A stretch of 64,000 nucleotides of DNA, taken from Tubulanus polymorphus (lineage: Eukaryota > Animalia > Nemertea). The DNA lies in NCBI RefSeq assembly GCF_964204645.1, contig NC_134027.1, positions 15,594,485 through 15,658,484 on the forward strand. Direction: 5' to 3'. Made by a program: the position numbers and the translations under genes. Under the pieces are notes generated by a model, which did no database searches, was not told the origin of the DNA, and was given only the letters and a program-made list of their open reading frames with translations. Of the stretch, positions 25,500 to 36,878 are shown in pieces. Within the stretch, counting starts at the first letter, position 1; every line of letters begins with the position of its first letter.

Positions 25500-26081
25500 T
25501 TATTTTATAAATTTATATTCATAGGGAAATTGTAGTCTCAGTAATAATTTTGAACCTTTATTATTCTTTAATTTATTCATATATTCATCATGTAATTCAG
25601 TAGGTATAATTTGATTTTCTTTGTTATAAAATAAAACTAGAAATCTTATATTCTCCCTAAAGTCTTTAACAATTGAATTATATTTTTGATTTAAGACCCA
25701 TGTTGTTATCCCAAAATGTCTCCCAGAGAAAGCTAGATAACATAACTCACTTTCTCTCACTTTTGAATCATGTAGATTAGCACAATCATCTATAATGAAT
25801 AATGTATTTGATCCTTTATAAGTATCAATTGCTATCTTTATACAATTATCTAAATTTTCTTTTACTGTTTTAGGATCTAATATAATAAACTTTTTTATCT
25901 TAACTATATCTCTATTATATGTTTTATTCATTTCATAAGTAGGACAGAATAATATCATATTATCAAAATGATTCTTATAAATAGTTTCTAACAAGTCTAA
26001 TATGAAATGTGTTTTACCACAATTGGTTACTCCAGTAACTAACATATTATGCGGTTCAAATATAAATAAATCTTTATTCAT
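25500..26081 (-). CDS. A32/FtsK-like DNA packaging ATPase (P1)
   Basis: Walker A GVTNCGKT, Walker B LFIIDD and GRHFGITTWVLNQ; small in-frame deletion relative to P2. Confidence 0.9.
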   Translation of the reverse strand: MNKDLFIFEPHNMLVTGVTNCGKTHFILDLLETIYKNHFDNMILFCPTYEMNKTYNRDIVKIKKFIILDPKTVKENLDNCIKIAIDTYKGSNTLFIIDDCANLHDSKVRESELCYLAFSGRHFGITTWVLNQKYNSIVKDFRENIRFLVLFYNKENQIIPTELHDEYMNKLKNNKGSKLLLRLQFPYEYKFIK

Positions 26082-27008
26082 TTATTCTTTTAATTTTACT
26101 AGATAAAATCCATTCATTAAATTTATCATCGTATCCTTTATATTTCACCAAAGAATACTTTTTTCCTTTAAGAGTTTTTGATTTCAATACTTTTTCTATT
26201 TTGTATTCTATTTCATCTTGATTTGGTACAAGTGATAATTCTTGTTCATAGAAATAACCTAATATTTCTTCATCTTTTAGATCTTCTAATTTATAAACAA
26301 AAGGTTTAGTTAATATTATCTTCTTAATTTTAAATATTTCTTCTGTAAAATTAGGGGTATAACCTTTATAAAATGTTTTTCTATATTTAGATATTCTTAC
26401 GTGTTGTCCTATTTTAAATTTAGGTTCTCCGAAATCATGTGTAACAAACGCTCCATATAAATTATTCCAAACTATTTCTGAATTATCTTCTTTTCTAGCT
26501 TGTATAGGTTTCATATTTATAGAACTATGTTTAGATTTATTATAACCTTTCACTAAATCATCTAACACATCGATATATTTATATGTTTCATTAGCAGTAA
26601 AATATTTCCACATTCTAGTTTTCAATGTTTTATTAAATCTTTCTATAATAGATGCTTTTTTATCTGAATGTGTTGAAAAATATTTCAAAATCGTTATCAG
26701 ATAATAGTTTTTTAAAATGTTTGTTATAGAATTCCTTACCTTCATCAAATTGTATCTTATCTGGAATAGCTTCTTTAAATATAGATTTAAAAGCATTTGT
26801 CACTTCTATACCAGTTTTATTTTTGATTGGAATTGACCATGCGTATCTACTGAATATGTCTATAACATTCAGTGTCCAGAAATATCCTTTGTTGTATTCC
26901 TCTAAGTTCTTCATGTCAATTAAATCTGCTTGCCATTGTTGATCAATATATGAAACCATAACTTTTCTTGTTAAATAAGTTTTATCCATTTTCTTGTGGA
27001 TTTGATTT
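26074..27008 (-). pseudogene. int: P1 RVE integrase with C-terminal chromodomain (3' part)
   Basis: DDE motifs WQADLIDM, QFDEGKEF and IIERFNKTLK, plus chromodomain YKIEKVL...LVKYKGYDDKFNEWI. Frameshift near 26690. Confidence 0.9.
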
Positions 27009-30000
27009 TGTGGATGACACTTCACACTTCTGCAATAGCAGTGGGAACAAACAGACGACAGCAGAGAGCCAGTTAAATCATATAACTTTATTCAGTAAGA
27101 CCACCAAATATGTTATGACCGCGACCGTGCACAAATAACAAAGTCAGTGAATGTCAATTCTGTCTATCACATCCTCCCCAGCATCAGTTGATGATTATAC
27201 AGTCTATTAACAGTTATTTATAAGTCCTTATCATCACACGGTAACAACACGCAGACCTTTGTTGCAGGTCTTCGATAAACTCCGGTTTTAGTTTTCAGTT
27301 CGACAGATCGTACTCGACCGTCTGCAGCAGGAAATGTTTTTGTAATTCGAGCTAACGGCCACATTCCACGGGCAACATTGTCCTCAGCGACTAGCACAAC
27401 ATCGTTCACTTTTAAGTTGCGCTGCTCCTTGGTCCATTTTCGGCGAGAAATCAGCGTAGGAATATACTCCTTGGTGAACCTCCTCCAGAAATGATCTGTG
27501 ATAATCTGCGCTTGACGCCATCTTTTCCGTTTCACCAAGTCGACATCAGTAAACACTCCTGGCGGCAAGTTGACACTACTTCTTCCAAGTAAGAAATGAT
27601 TTGGAGTCAGTGCTTCCGGTTCATTCACATCAGAGTTTACGTAGGTCAGCGGCCTACTGTTCAGCAGCGACTCAACCTCTGTGAAGATCGTGTGTAGTAC
27701 TTCATCGTTGACAGTCTGGTTTCCCAGTACAGCGTAAAGACATCTTTTAATGGACTGCACCATACGTTCCCAAATACCGCCCATATGCGGTGCGGATGGT
27801 GGCTGAAAGTACCACTCAATACCAAGTTGTGTAAGTTCGTCGGATATCTTCTGTTGATTCCATTCAGCTATGGATTCTCGAAGTTCGCGTTCACCACCTT
27901 TCAGATTGGTATCATTGTCAGAGTGGATTTTTGCAGGATGACCACGTCTAGCCATGAATCTTCTCAGCGACAGCAGAAAACTATCTGTGTCCAACTTCTC
28001 CGCTAATTCCAAATGGACAGCCCGAGTTGTTAAGCAAGTCATCGGAACACCATAACGTTTCTCGGTTTTCCGGAACCTTCTAACAGTGAAGGGTCCAAAG
28101 TAATCAATACCAGTGTTGTAGAACGGGTAGCTTCGTTCAAATCGTACAGCAGGCAAGTCGGACATCAATGGAGGTTCTGGTTTAACTCGTCTCTCCTTGC
28201 AAAGCTTGCAGTCAAACACCAACTTTCGTAGTCTCGATCTTCCTTTCGGAACCCAGTACGTTTGACGGACTTCATTTAATGTGTGCTCAACACCAGCATG
28301 AAACAGCAAATAGTGTTTATTCATCAAAACGAGTCTTGTAACTTCATGTTTCGTCGGCAACAGGATCGGGTGCTTAGCAGAATAAGCAATCGGAGCATTC
28401 TCAAGACGACCTCTTGCGCGTAGCAGACCATCATCAGTTATAACTGGTGTTAACTGCAGAATATGACTTCGTCTGGGAATGTATTTCTTCTGCTTCAAAG
28501 CTTCTATCTCTGCGGGAAACAAATTCGCTTGAACATCTTGAAGAATCAATAATTCAGCTTCCTTCAACTCCTCAGCCGTCAAGGGGCTTTTCAAAGGAGA
28601 CATCTTCTGAGTTAGTTTCTTCAAATTCTTCTGATAACGACAGATCCACGAGACAACACGTTTGTACCCCACCCAAGATGAAAATCTTGCCGGGTCAGGT
28701 AGAACTTCAGTTCCAACGACATTGATATGATACATCTGTCTTCTAACTTCTGGATCTTCATCTTGTAATTTCGGAAATTCTTCCTCACGCTGTGGCCAGT
28801 CTTCAGGCTGCGACAACAGAAAACTTGGACCGTTCAACCATTCATCATTTGCCACAAGTTCTGATGCTGAGGAACCACGGGAACATACATCTGCAGGATT
28901 CATACAACCAGGGATGTGATGCCACTGGTCTGGTTTCGACTCGTCACGGATCTCTGCAATTCTGTTGGCAATGAAGACGTGGAAACGACGACTTTCATTA
29001 GTGATATACCCCAGTACTATCAGACTATCACTCCAGTACACAGTGTCATCGGCGGCAAACGTCAGTTCTGTTTTTAAATTCTTGGCCAATCTAACAGCTA
29101 ATACCGCAGCTTGCGTTTCCATGCGTACAATTGACATCTTTTTCAGAGGAGAGACACGGACTTTAGACATCACAAACGACAGTCGGACTTCTCCAGATTC
29201 TGACACCAGTCTCAAGTATGCAACAGCACCAAATGCTTTTTCAGATGCATCGCAGAATACGTGAAGTTCTCGAGTAACAGGAATTATCGTCTGTAGACAT
29301 CTTGGAATTCGTAACTGGGTGACATTCTGCAACTGCTCCATCCATCCCTGCCACGCCACGAGTTCGGGTCCTGTCAATTCTGCATCCAAGTCGATCTTTT
29401 CACTCCATAAACGCTGTACCAGTATCTTCGCTACCAGAGTAAATGGTGCAGCAATACCAAATGGATCAAACAATGATGAAGCTTTACTCAGCAGACCACG
29501 CTTAGTAGCCGGGACATCAGTCACCTGGACTTTAACTCCAAGGGTATCTTTTTCACAATCCCACAGTACCCCGAGGGCTCGAACAGTCGGTAAACACTCA
29601 TCAGGACTGAGTGACTTGACAGCAACTTCGGAATCTGGTACACTGGCTAACAGCTCTCTTGAGTTACTTTGCCATTCTGTCAGACGGAAACCACCTTTCT
29701 TGACCATTTCTGTTACAGCAGACTGCATCTGACTTCCTGAGGCAACATCTTCTTCCGATTTTAAGAAGTCATCCATGTAGAAGTTAGACTTAACAGCCTG
29801 AGCAGCAGCTACAGAAACAGGATCATCTTCTTGGCAGTGGTCTTCAGCTGCTTTTCTCAGTGCATAGTTTGCCATCGCTGGTGAGCATTTCGCGCCAAAT
29901 ATCGTCACCATCATCTGGTAAACATCAGGACTCCGGTCAACGTTCATATCACGCCAAAGGAAACTTAATGCAGGTTGATCGTCTACGGCTACTCTGACTT

Positions 30001-33000
30001 GATGGTACATTTTTTCGACATCAGCCATCATCGCAACAGGATTCTCTCTAAAACGTAGCAGGATTCCTGGTAAACTCTGCAGTAAATCTGGACCAGTTAG
30101 AAGTTTGCTGTTTAATGACTTTCCTTCACAGGTGGCACCAGCATCAAAAACAACTCTCAACTTCTTCTTGTTTGGATTCACTACTGCGTGATGAGGCAGG
30201 AACCATCTTTTAGTGTTCGGCTTAGCAGCTTCTTCTGGACTTAGTTTACGAGCGAAACCTCGATCAACATAGTCTTTGAACGTCTTGTCATAAGCAGCAG
30301 CTCTTTCAGGGTTCCGTTGCAGACTCTTTTCGGTGGACATCAATCGCTTCATAGCCATCAGACGATTATTCGGCATCTGAACGTCATCTTCGTTCCAGAG
30401 CAGACGGGTCTGGTAACGATCTTGACCTTCTATCTTCACTGTACTCGATTTTAAGATGCTCAAGGCTCGGGCATCTTCTTTCGATTCAGAGACTGGTTTC
30501 TCGTATTTCACTCCAAAGGCTTCAGTGGACCACCATTCTTCAACCATTTTATTCAATTGGTCGTCACTGGACATCTTCTGGATAAAATGTACTCCACGAT
30601 CAGCATCAGATACCAGATTAGTCGTCAGACCGGTTAATGACCAGCCGAAATCAGTCTTCACAGCAAACGGCTGACCAGGTCGACCTTTTCTTTCATCATG
30701 CTGAACGACAGCTTCCATTACATTAGCCCCAAGAAGAACTTCCACTTGTCCACGCCCAACATCAGGTATCGGAATATCAGCCAGGTGGCACCATTTGGAT
30801 CTGTTCTTCTGTCTTAACTGCGGCATTGAGACATTCAAACGTGGTATGGACCATATTTCGTCTACTTCGATCTTCTTATCAGTAGCATCTCTTGCAAGAG
30901 GAGTCAATTCAAGTTTCAGCTTCGTGGTTGACTTCACTTCACCGCCAGACTCAAAAGTACCAAGTCGTAACATCTTCTTCTCACCACAGAGATTCAGCTG
31001 ATTTGCTAGTGCATCAGTACACAGCGACGTCTGGGACCCTGGATCCAGTAGAGCAAACGTATCTCGGGAAGCAGTTTCACCATGGACTCTCACAGGAACA
31101 ATCTGCAGTAATGTAACACCGTTGGTTTGAGTTACAGCATTCGTCTCTCTTTTTTCGGTATTAGTGAAACTGTCGACTTTTGACATCTGACCAGCGGACG
31201 AGTCATCTTGTTTAGTAGGTTGACTTCCAGGCTTCGGGTCAGCAGGCTTAGTAGAAGTTGCGTTTTTTCTTCGTCTTCTTGAGTATACAGGTTTACTACC
31301 ATGCAGCAAAGGGTGATGATTAAACTTACAACCGTCTTCATCACAGGGCTTCCGATTTCTGTCTTGATCTGTGACCCACTCGAAGGCAAGTAAAACATCT
31401 GTTATTTTCTGCAACATACACAGCTCGATCATCAACCGTCTTCTTCTTAAACACTTCACAGTCCTTCAACAAGTGACGTTTTTGACAACAGGGAGAGACT
31501 TCTGGATTCACATTGACGAACATCACACCAGACTGAACTTCACCATACGACTCTTCTTGAACACCAGTAGTATGGACGGACCTTGTCACTCCAGACTTTT
31601 GTTTCGTCTTCGTCTGACCAGAGTCCGGCTTCGTCTCATCAGCATAATTCAGGCTAATTCTGACTTGAAGGGTCAACCACTCATCAAAATGCATCAAATT
31701 GGGTCTTCTCTTCTGTTGTTCTAGCTCAAAAACTTGTTTTCCCCAATCTCGGCGCAATTCAATGGGCAGCTTTTGCAGTACTCTTCTCAGATTTTCAGCG
31801 CTTGCCAAATCTCCAGCAAAATCGAGCGTATCAAGAGTCGTCACAGCTGAGTGAACAGTAGCTTGAAAATTCTCCAGGGCCGAGACATCATGAAGACCAA
31901 TGGCTGGCAAAATAAAAATCTTCTGCAGACACGCATGAACAATGTCTTCTTCTTTTCCATAACGATCTTGAAGAACTTTCAGGGCATCTCGGTACTGTCT
32001 TCCATCAAACATCATTCCAGAAATTAGCTTCTGTGCAACACCAGCAACACTTGACTGTAAATGAGTCATCTTCTCAACGTCGGTTAGGGCATGCTGTTCA
32101 TCTACCAGTGCTCTAAACAGCGACAACCATCTTGGCCATTCTGCTGTATCGCCCTTGAATGTCGGCAACTTGACTTTCGGCAGTGATTTCAGAACTCTGG
32201 CATCATGATGACGATCAGGTCTGGGTATTCTCGGCTCATCACCTCTGGGTCTGGGATGGAATCTCCAAGGATCGCCTTCATCTTCTTCATCTGGATCAGG
32301 AACAAGTGGCGGTCTTCTGGGTGCCGATGGCCTCCGGGTGTCAGAGTCTTCATCGTCAAAATCATGCATCCGGTCTGCTTCCAGCCCACTGATTCTGGAA
32401 ACCATCAACTGTGCTTGAAGGGCTGCCATCTCAGCACCATCTCTAGCCTCCTGAAGTAAACGCTGGCGATGGAGTTCCTGTTCTTGGCGTTCTTGGTCAA
32501 GTCTTCTCTCAAGCTGTTTCACCTCAAGGGCCTTCAGTTTTGCTTGGACATCAGCAGCTTTTGATGCTTCGGAACCTCTAGAAGACACCTTCGATACGCT
32601 GGACTCACCGCCCCCTCGGAAGGCTAAATAACCACGTATAGATGACACAACCTGACGTTGGCGTGTCTCTACTTCGGCAAGGTATGCGTCGGCTTCAATA
32701 ATTTCCGGTTCGGCAGTCAGCAAAGCAACCACGCCTTCATTGGTCTTCTGGACGTCTTCAACAGCAACATCAATCTCGGATATGAGCTCAATTCCCGTCG
32801 ACTTCCATTTACAGCAATGAGGTCTTCTGATTTGTTACACTTCCGTGTGAAACCAGCCTTCGCCACACCTCTGGCTCGTCTTCTCTCCTTCAAGGCAACG
32901 TCTGTAGACATTTTCCCTGCTTTCTCTCATTCATCAGTGGACAGACATCCGGCTCGAGGGACCAATAAATGTGGATGACACTTCACACTTCTGCAATAGC

Positions 33001-33311
33001 AGTGGGAACAAACAGACGACAGCAGAGAGCCAGTTAAATCATATAACTTTATTCAGTAAGACCACCAAATATGTTATGACCAACCATGTAAAAATCCCCC
33101 AACCTTTATACAAAAATCTAAGTCACAGTATGTAATTTCCTTTGTCCAAATAGTTCAAATTCCCTGGTTATTCATAAAACCCTCTGAATGCAAATCGGTG
33201 CATTGTATTGTGTTATAACATGCATCCAGATGAATGCAAACTATGACCATGACCATGACCGCGACTGTGCACAAATAACAAAGTCAGTGAATGTCAATTC
33301 TGTCTATCACA
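27009..33311 (-). mobile_element. BEL/Pao LTR retrotransposon
   Basis: TG...CA LTRs at 32970-33311 (5') and 27009-27171 (3'). PBS TGGTCCCTCGAGCCGG (tRNA-Tyr-like) at ~32949-32964, PPT next to 27172, and a 5-bp TSD GATTT/GATAT. Confidence 0.95.
27218..32911 (-). pseudogene. BEL/Pao gag-pol polyprotein (two frameshifts)
   Basis: Gag KLPTFKGD (DUF1759-like) and Zn knuckles, protease LLDPGSQTS, RT FYMDD, RNase H HVFCDAS, and integrase GIDYFGP...GGIWERMV. Confidence 0.93.
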
Positions 33312-33501
33312 GATATGTTGGTTGATTTTGTAACCATGATTTCAATTCACTATATTTTATACCACCATGTGGGTGCCGTACGGCGCCATCACCATTTTCA
33401 TTATCAGATTTAATTTTACCCCATAATTCTGCAACGTTAGAATATGATACTTCACTTTCTGGGTTATAATATAAATCTCTTAAATATTGTTCTTTTTTCA
33501 T
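33312..33501 (-). pseudogene. int: P1 integrase N-terminus (separated by the BEL insertion)
   Basis: KEQYLRDLYYNPES...WLQNQPTY joins in frame to QIHKKMDK once the retrotransposon is removed; matches the P2 integrase N-terminus. Confidence 0.88.
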
Positions 33502-33507
33502 CTTCTT

Positions 33508-33861
33508 TTAATCCATTAATAATAATTTAGATTTAGTTTCAATGGCTTTATGATTTGACTTATTTTCTGGTATGATAGGTTTATTGTCATTGGAATCATC
33601 ATCAGATTTGAATTTTGATTTATATATTACACCGGATAATATAATAACTGTTACTAATCCAATTGTAATATATAATTTATAATTACTTCCAGCATTAGAA
33701 GAATCAGATGGATTATTATTTGAATCAATATCAGGTGATTCATTTATATCAGTTAATTTCTTTTTCTTAGCTTTTTTTAATTCTGAAGACCTTTTACCTA
33801 ATTCTCTTGCCCATTTAATTTTTTTCTCTGATCTAGCCTTTTTCTTAACTCCATCACTCAT
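33508..33861 (-). CDS. Small basic single-TM Polinton protein
   Basis: KKxRSxKxIxWxRxLGxxS motif plus a TM segment; homolog at 59930-60313. Confidence 0.7.
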   Translation of the reverse strand: MSDGVKKKARSEKKIKWARELGKRSSELKKAKKKKLTDINESPDIDSNNNPSDSSNAGSNYKLYITIGLVTVIILSGVIYKSKFKSDDDSNDNKPIIPENKSNHKAIETKSKLLLMD

Positions 33862-33867
33862 TTATTT

Positions 33868-34456
33868 TAGTTAATTTTTGTTCTGATTCATTTTCTGTTT
33901 CGACGTTTGGTTGTAGTACATCTGTTTCGTTCTTACCTGATTTATATTCCATAGGCTTGATGCTCGAAAATGTTATGACGCCAGTAGAAATTAATGTCAT
34001 AACCGATCCTAATTGAAATGAAGCATAACCAACCCATTATTGTAATTCAGTCATAACTAAGTAGTCATTTTTCAAATCACTATATAATTTATTTTCATCA
34101 TTAATTGGTATTAACCGGTTACATAACTTAGAATAACATTTGACAATACCATCTGAAATAGAATCATTTATTCGGGCCAATCTTGCCTCTTCATAAATCT
34201 TAAAATATTTTATTACTTTATCTGGTTTCATAGCATCTAATTCTTGAAAAGTTATTATTTTCCCGATAAACTGATTACATTTCCCGCCAGCAATTAATAA
34301 TTGAAGATGATGCTTACAATATAAATAGTATTCATAATCAATATTGTTATTAACTTGAATAGAATTAGAAACAACTGTATCTTTATTATCACTTATGCCC
34401 AAATCATCTAATATTTTTTCAATATCAATACTATTCTTACTCGATTTCTTTGACAT
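33868..34456 (-). pseudogene. Conserved Polinton hypothetical protein (in-frame stop at 34037)
   Basis: YEYYLYCKH...ARINDxIS...LYSDLKN; intact homolog at 59392-59997. The 3' boundary is approximate. Confidence 0.75.
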
Positions 34457-35602
34457 TTATATTAGAGAAATTTAATAAGAAAAATATTATTAGTATTCTG
34501 ATACTAGATAGTTAAAGGTAAATAATTCTAGTATTCACTACTGATACTAGCTATTTGAATTTAAAGAATTTCTATTTGAATCTATTCAAAATATAAAGTA
34601 TTCTCTTTTGAAAAGCAAGTATCAAAAATATAATAGAATTCACTAGCTAGTTGAAGTTATTGTTTTTTAAATACTTTTTATTTAAATTAGGATTTAGATT
34701 ATCTCACTACTATTGTTTATCTATAGGAGCAGTAATTATAACTGTCCAGATAAGTCATTTCGGATTCTCGATAATAAATCCTCAAACTGAAAATAAATTC
34801 AAAGAAACGACTGGTGGAAATACTATTTCATAAACACACATATATTTTATTCTACAATCATTATCGATTTCCACATTCCAAGCCGCTCGGCAGCCGAGCG
34901 GTAAGGTATGCGTGGAATGCAGGAATCAATAAAGTATAATACAACATCTGTCACTGTGTGTGACATTAACAACAGCTGAATGACGCAATTGAAATTCCGG
35001 CAAACGTAATGCATTGAAAGCCTATACAGTATGGCTAAACTGCTACAGTCTCATGAGTTGAAATATCCATAATTTCTGATTCCACATCCTCCTATCTTCA
35101 CTTTCTTGATTCAATGGTCTTCATTTTGTTTTCTAAAAGATAAATATCTAACGTAGAATAAAACTAACTTGAAGTTGTAGATGTAAAATATTAATTACAA
35201 CACTTAAACATAACCATTTGTGGCGCATCTTACCAGGATAAGTTTTACATGTTTAACGTTTCCCAACGCCTTAATAACAACAAAAACAGTACTTACATTT
35301 ATAACTGTAAACTCCTAAAATTGTGTTTATAGAGAGAATATCCTATACGTTCCTATGCTTATGTGCTGCGCGTTTATAACTGCCAGTTATTCACTAGCTA
35401 AACACTGTCTGTGCAACAGATGTTCTTTTGTAATGTTATTGATTAATCCTTTTCAACTGAAATAGAACATTCGATCAATATTCAAATGAGGTACACCCCA
35501 TTCAACTGAATATAACGTGCGACAGATGCTTTTGTAAACAACCTAATACAATTACATATAGGCGGTTTGACATAGATCGAGAGTAACCGGTTTTCTAAGC
35601 GT

Positions 35603-36256
35603 TTAACATTCAACGTATTTTTCATTATATGTTGAATTCCATAATTCAACAAATGTCTTTGCTTTATCCAGTTGATCTAAATATAACTGTAAATCTAGTT
35701 TGTTAGATTTAATTATGTTTTCCTTCTTTTCTAAAGGTCTTAAATTCTTCCAACCCCAAATAAGTTTTTTATTGTATTCATCATTCATGTTAAATTTAGA
35801 AATCGGCAACAAATGATCAATATCAAAGTATTCACCATATTTATCTATATTCATTTTATCATCGAATTGATATATTATCCATGATATAAAAAATTCATCT
35901 GAACAACCCAATAAATTAGATAGTGTTTCTGAATGCGTTTCTTTGTTGAATAATTGTGTTAATCTAGATCTTAAACATTGTTTCAATCTAAAATTAAGAT
36001 CTGTTTGATATCTTTCTCTTTTATATTCTGTCATATAATCATTATAAGCTTCTCTATTATCTTCTCGATATTGTTTGGTATATAGTTTAGTACAAGTTTT
36101 ACAGCAATATTGAAAACCATCTTTGCTAATCTTACGCTTATTAAATTCTGTTAAAGCTAATTTATCTAATTCACATTTAGAACACTTCTTGTAGTATATA
36201 TTTATGACGCCAGTGTTATTTGTAATATTGATAGTTTGTGGTTGTTCTGGTTCCAT
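35603..36256 (-). CDS. HNH/endonuclease-VII-like nuclease of the giant-virus type
   Basis: CSKC...FNKRKISKDG...CKTC Zn module, LLGCS, IDHLLP and NLRPLEKKENIIKSNK. Confidence 0.75.
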   Translation of the reverse strand: MEPEQPQTINITNNTGVINIYYKKCSKCELDKLALTEFNKRKISKDGFQYCCKTCTKLYTKQYREDNREAYNDYMTEYKRERYQTDLNFRLKQCLRSRLTQLFNKETHSETLSNLLGCSDEFFISWIIYQFDDKMNIDKYGEYFDIDHLLPISKFNMNDEYNKKLIWGWKNLRPLEKKENIIKSNKLDLQLYLDQLDKAKTFVELWNSTYNEKYVEC

Positions 36257-36271
36257 TTATTATACATATTT

Positions 36272-36872
36272 TTTTACTAAATTGATTTTAGAAGTTCAAT
36301 GATTTATATCATGTATTATTTCAATCACACTTTACTAACACTTTTAATGTTTAAAAATCTAACTCATACAAATATGAATATTGAAGTAATGTTGTAAATA
36401 TATACTTTTATATTGAATAATCTGTCAATTTAAATGTTATTCATGTACATGATTATTTTAAGAGTAATAGGGGTAATGGGCTTTCAGGTTAAAGGTTGAA
36501 TGGTCGAGTTCATTAAAAACAAATATTAAAAGTAATTTAAAACTATAATATATTTTCATAACCGTGTGTATTTCAGTTGAATAATAGAATAATTATTATT
36601 ATTAAAATATATTTGATTATATGAATTTGTGTATTGTAAATAAATCAATTGGTCGCGGAGCGGAGCGGTAGCGAAGTGGAGCGACCAATTGATTTAATAC
36701 AATATGCTTTTAAAATTAAAATTATTAATATCTTAGAATGAATATTTAGTTATAATATAAAATACACACGGTTATGAAAATATATTATAGTTTTAAATTA
36801 CTTTTAATGTTTTGTTTTTTAATGAGCTCGACCCTTCGACCTTTGGCCTGAAAGCCCATTACCCCTATTACT
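36272..36872 (-). repeat. P1 right TIR
   Basis: Inverted copy of the left end; 36463-36872 is itself a fold-back. Confidence 0.9.
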
Positions 36873-36878
36873 CCTCGC

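Larger units (their letters stand above)
12299..36872. mobile_element. Polinton/Maverick (adintovirus-like endogenous virus) P1, full length, decayed
   Basis: AGTAATAGGGG...CCCCTATTACT termini with a perfect 6-bp TSD CCTCGC (12293-98, 36873-78) and ~600-bp TIRs. Encodes pPolB, penton, major capsid protein, packaging ATPase and RVE integrase. Confidence 0.95.

Noticed and set aside
31341-32911. Programmed gag-pol frameshifts in the BEL element
   Set aside because: BEL/Pao elements normally have a single ORF, and the breaks fall within gag and a Zn knuckle.
27785-32978. Numerous plus-strand ORFs over the BEL element, and antisense ORFs over Polinton genes
   Set aside because: Shadow frames of real coding sequence with no motifs.
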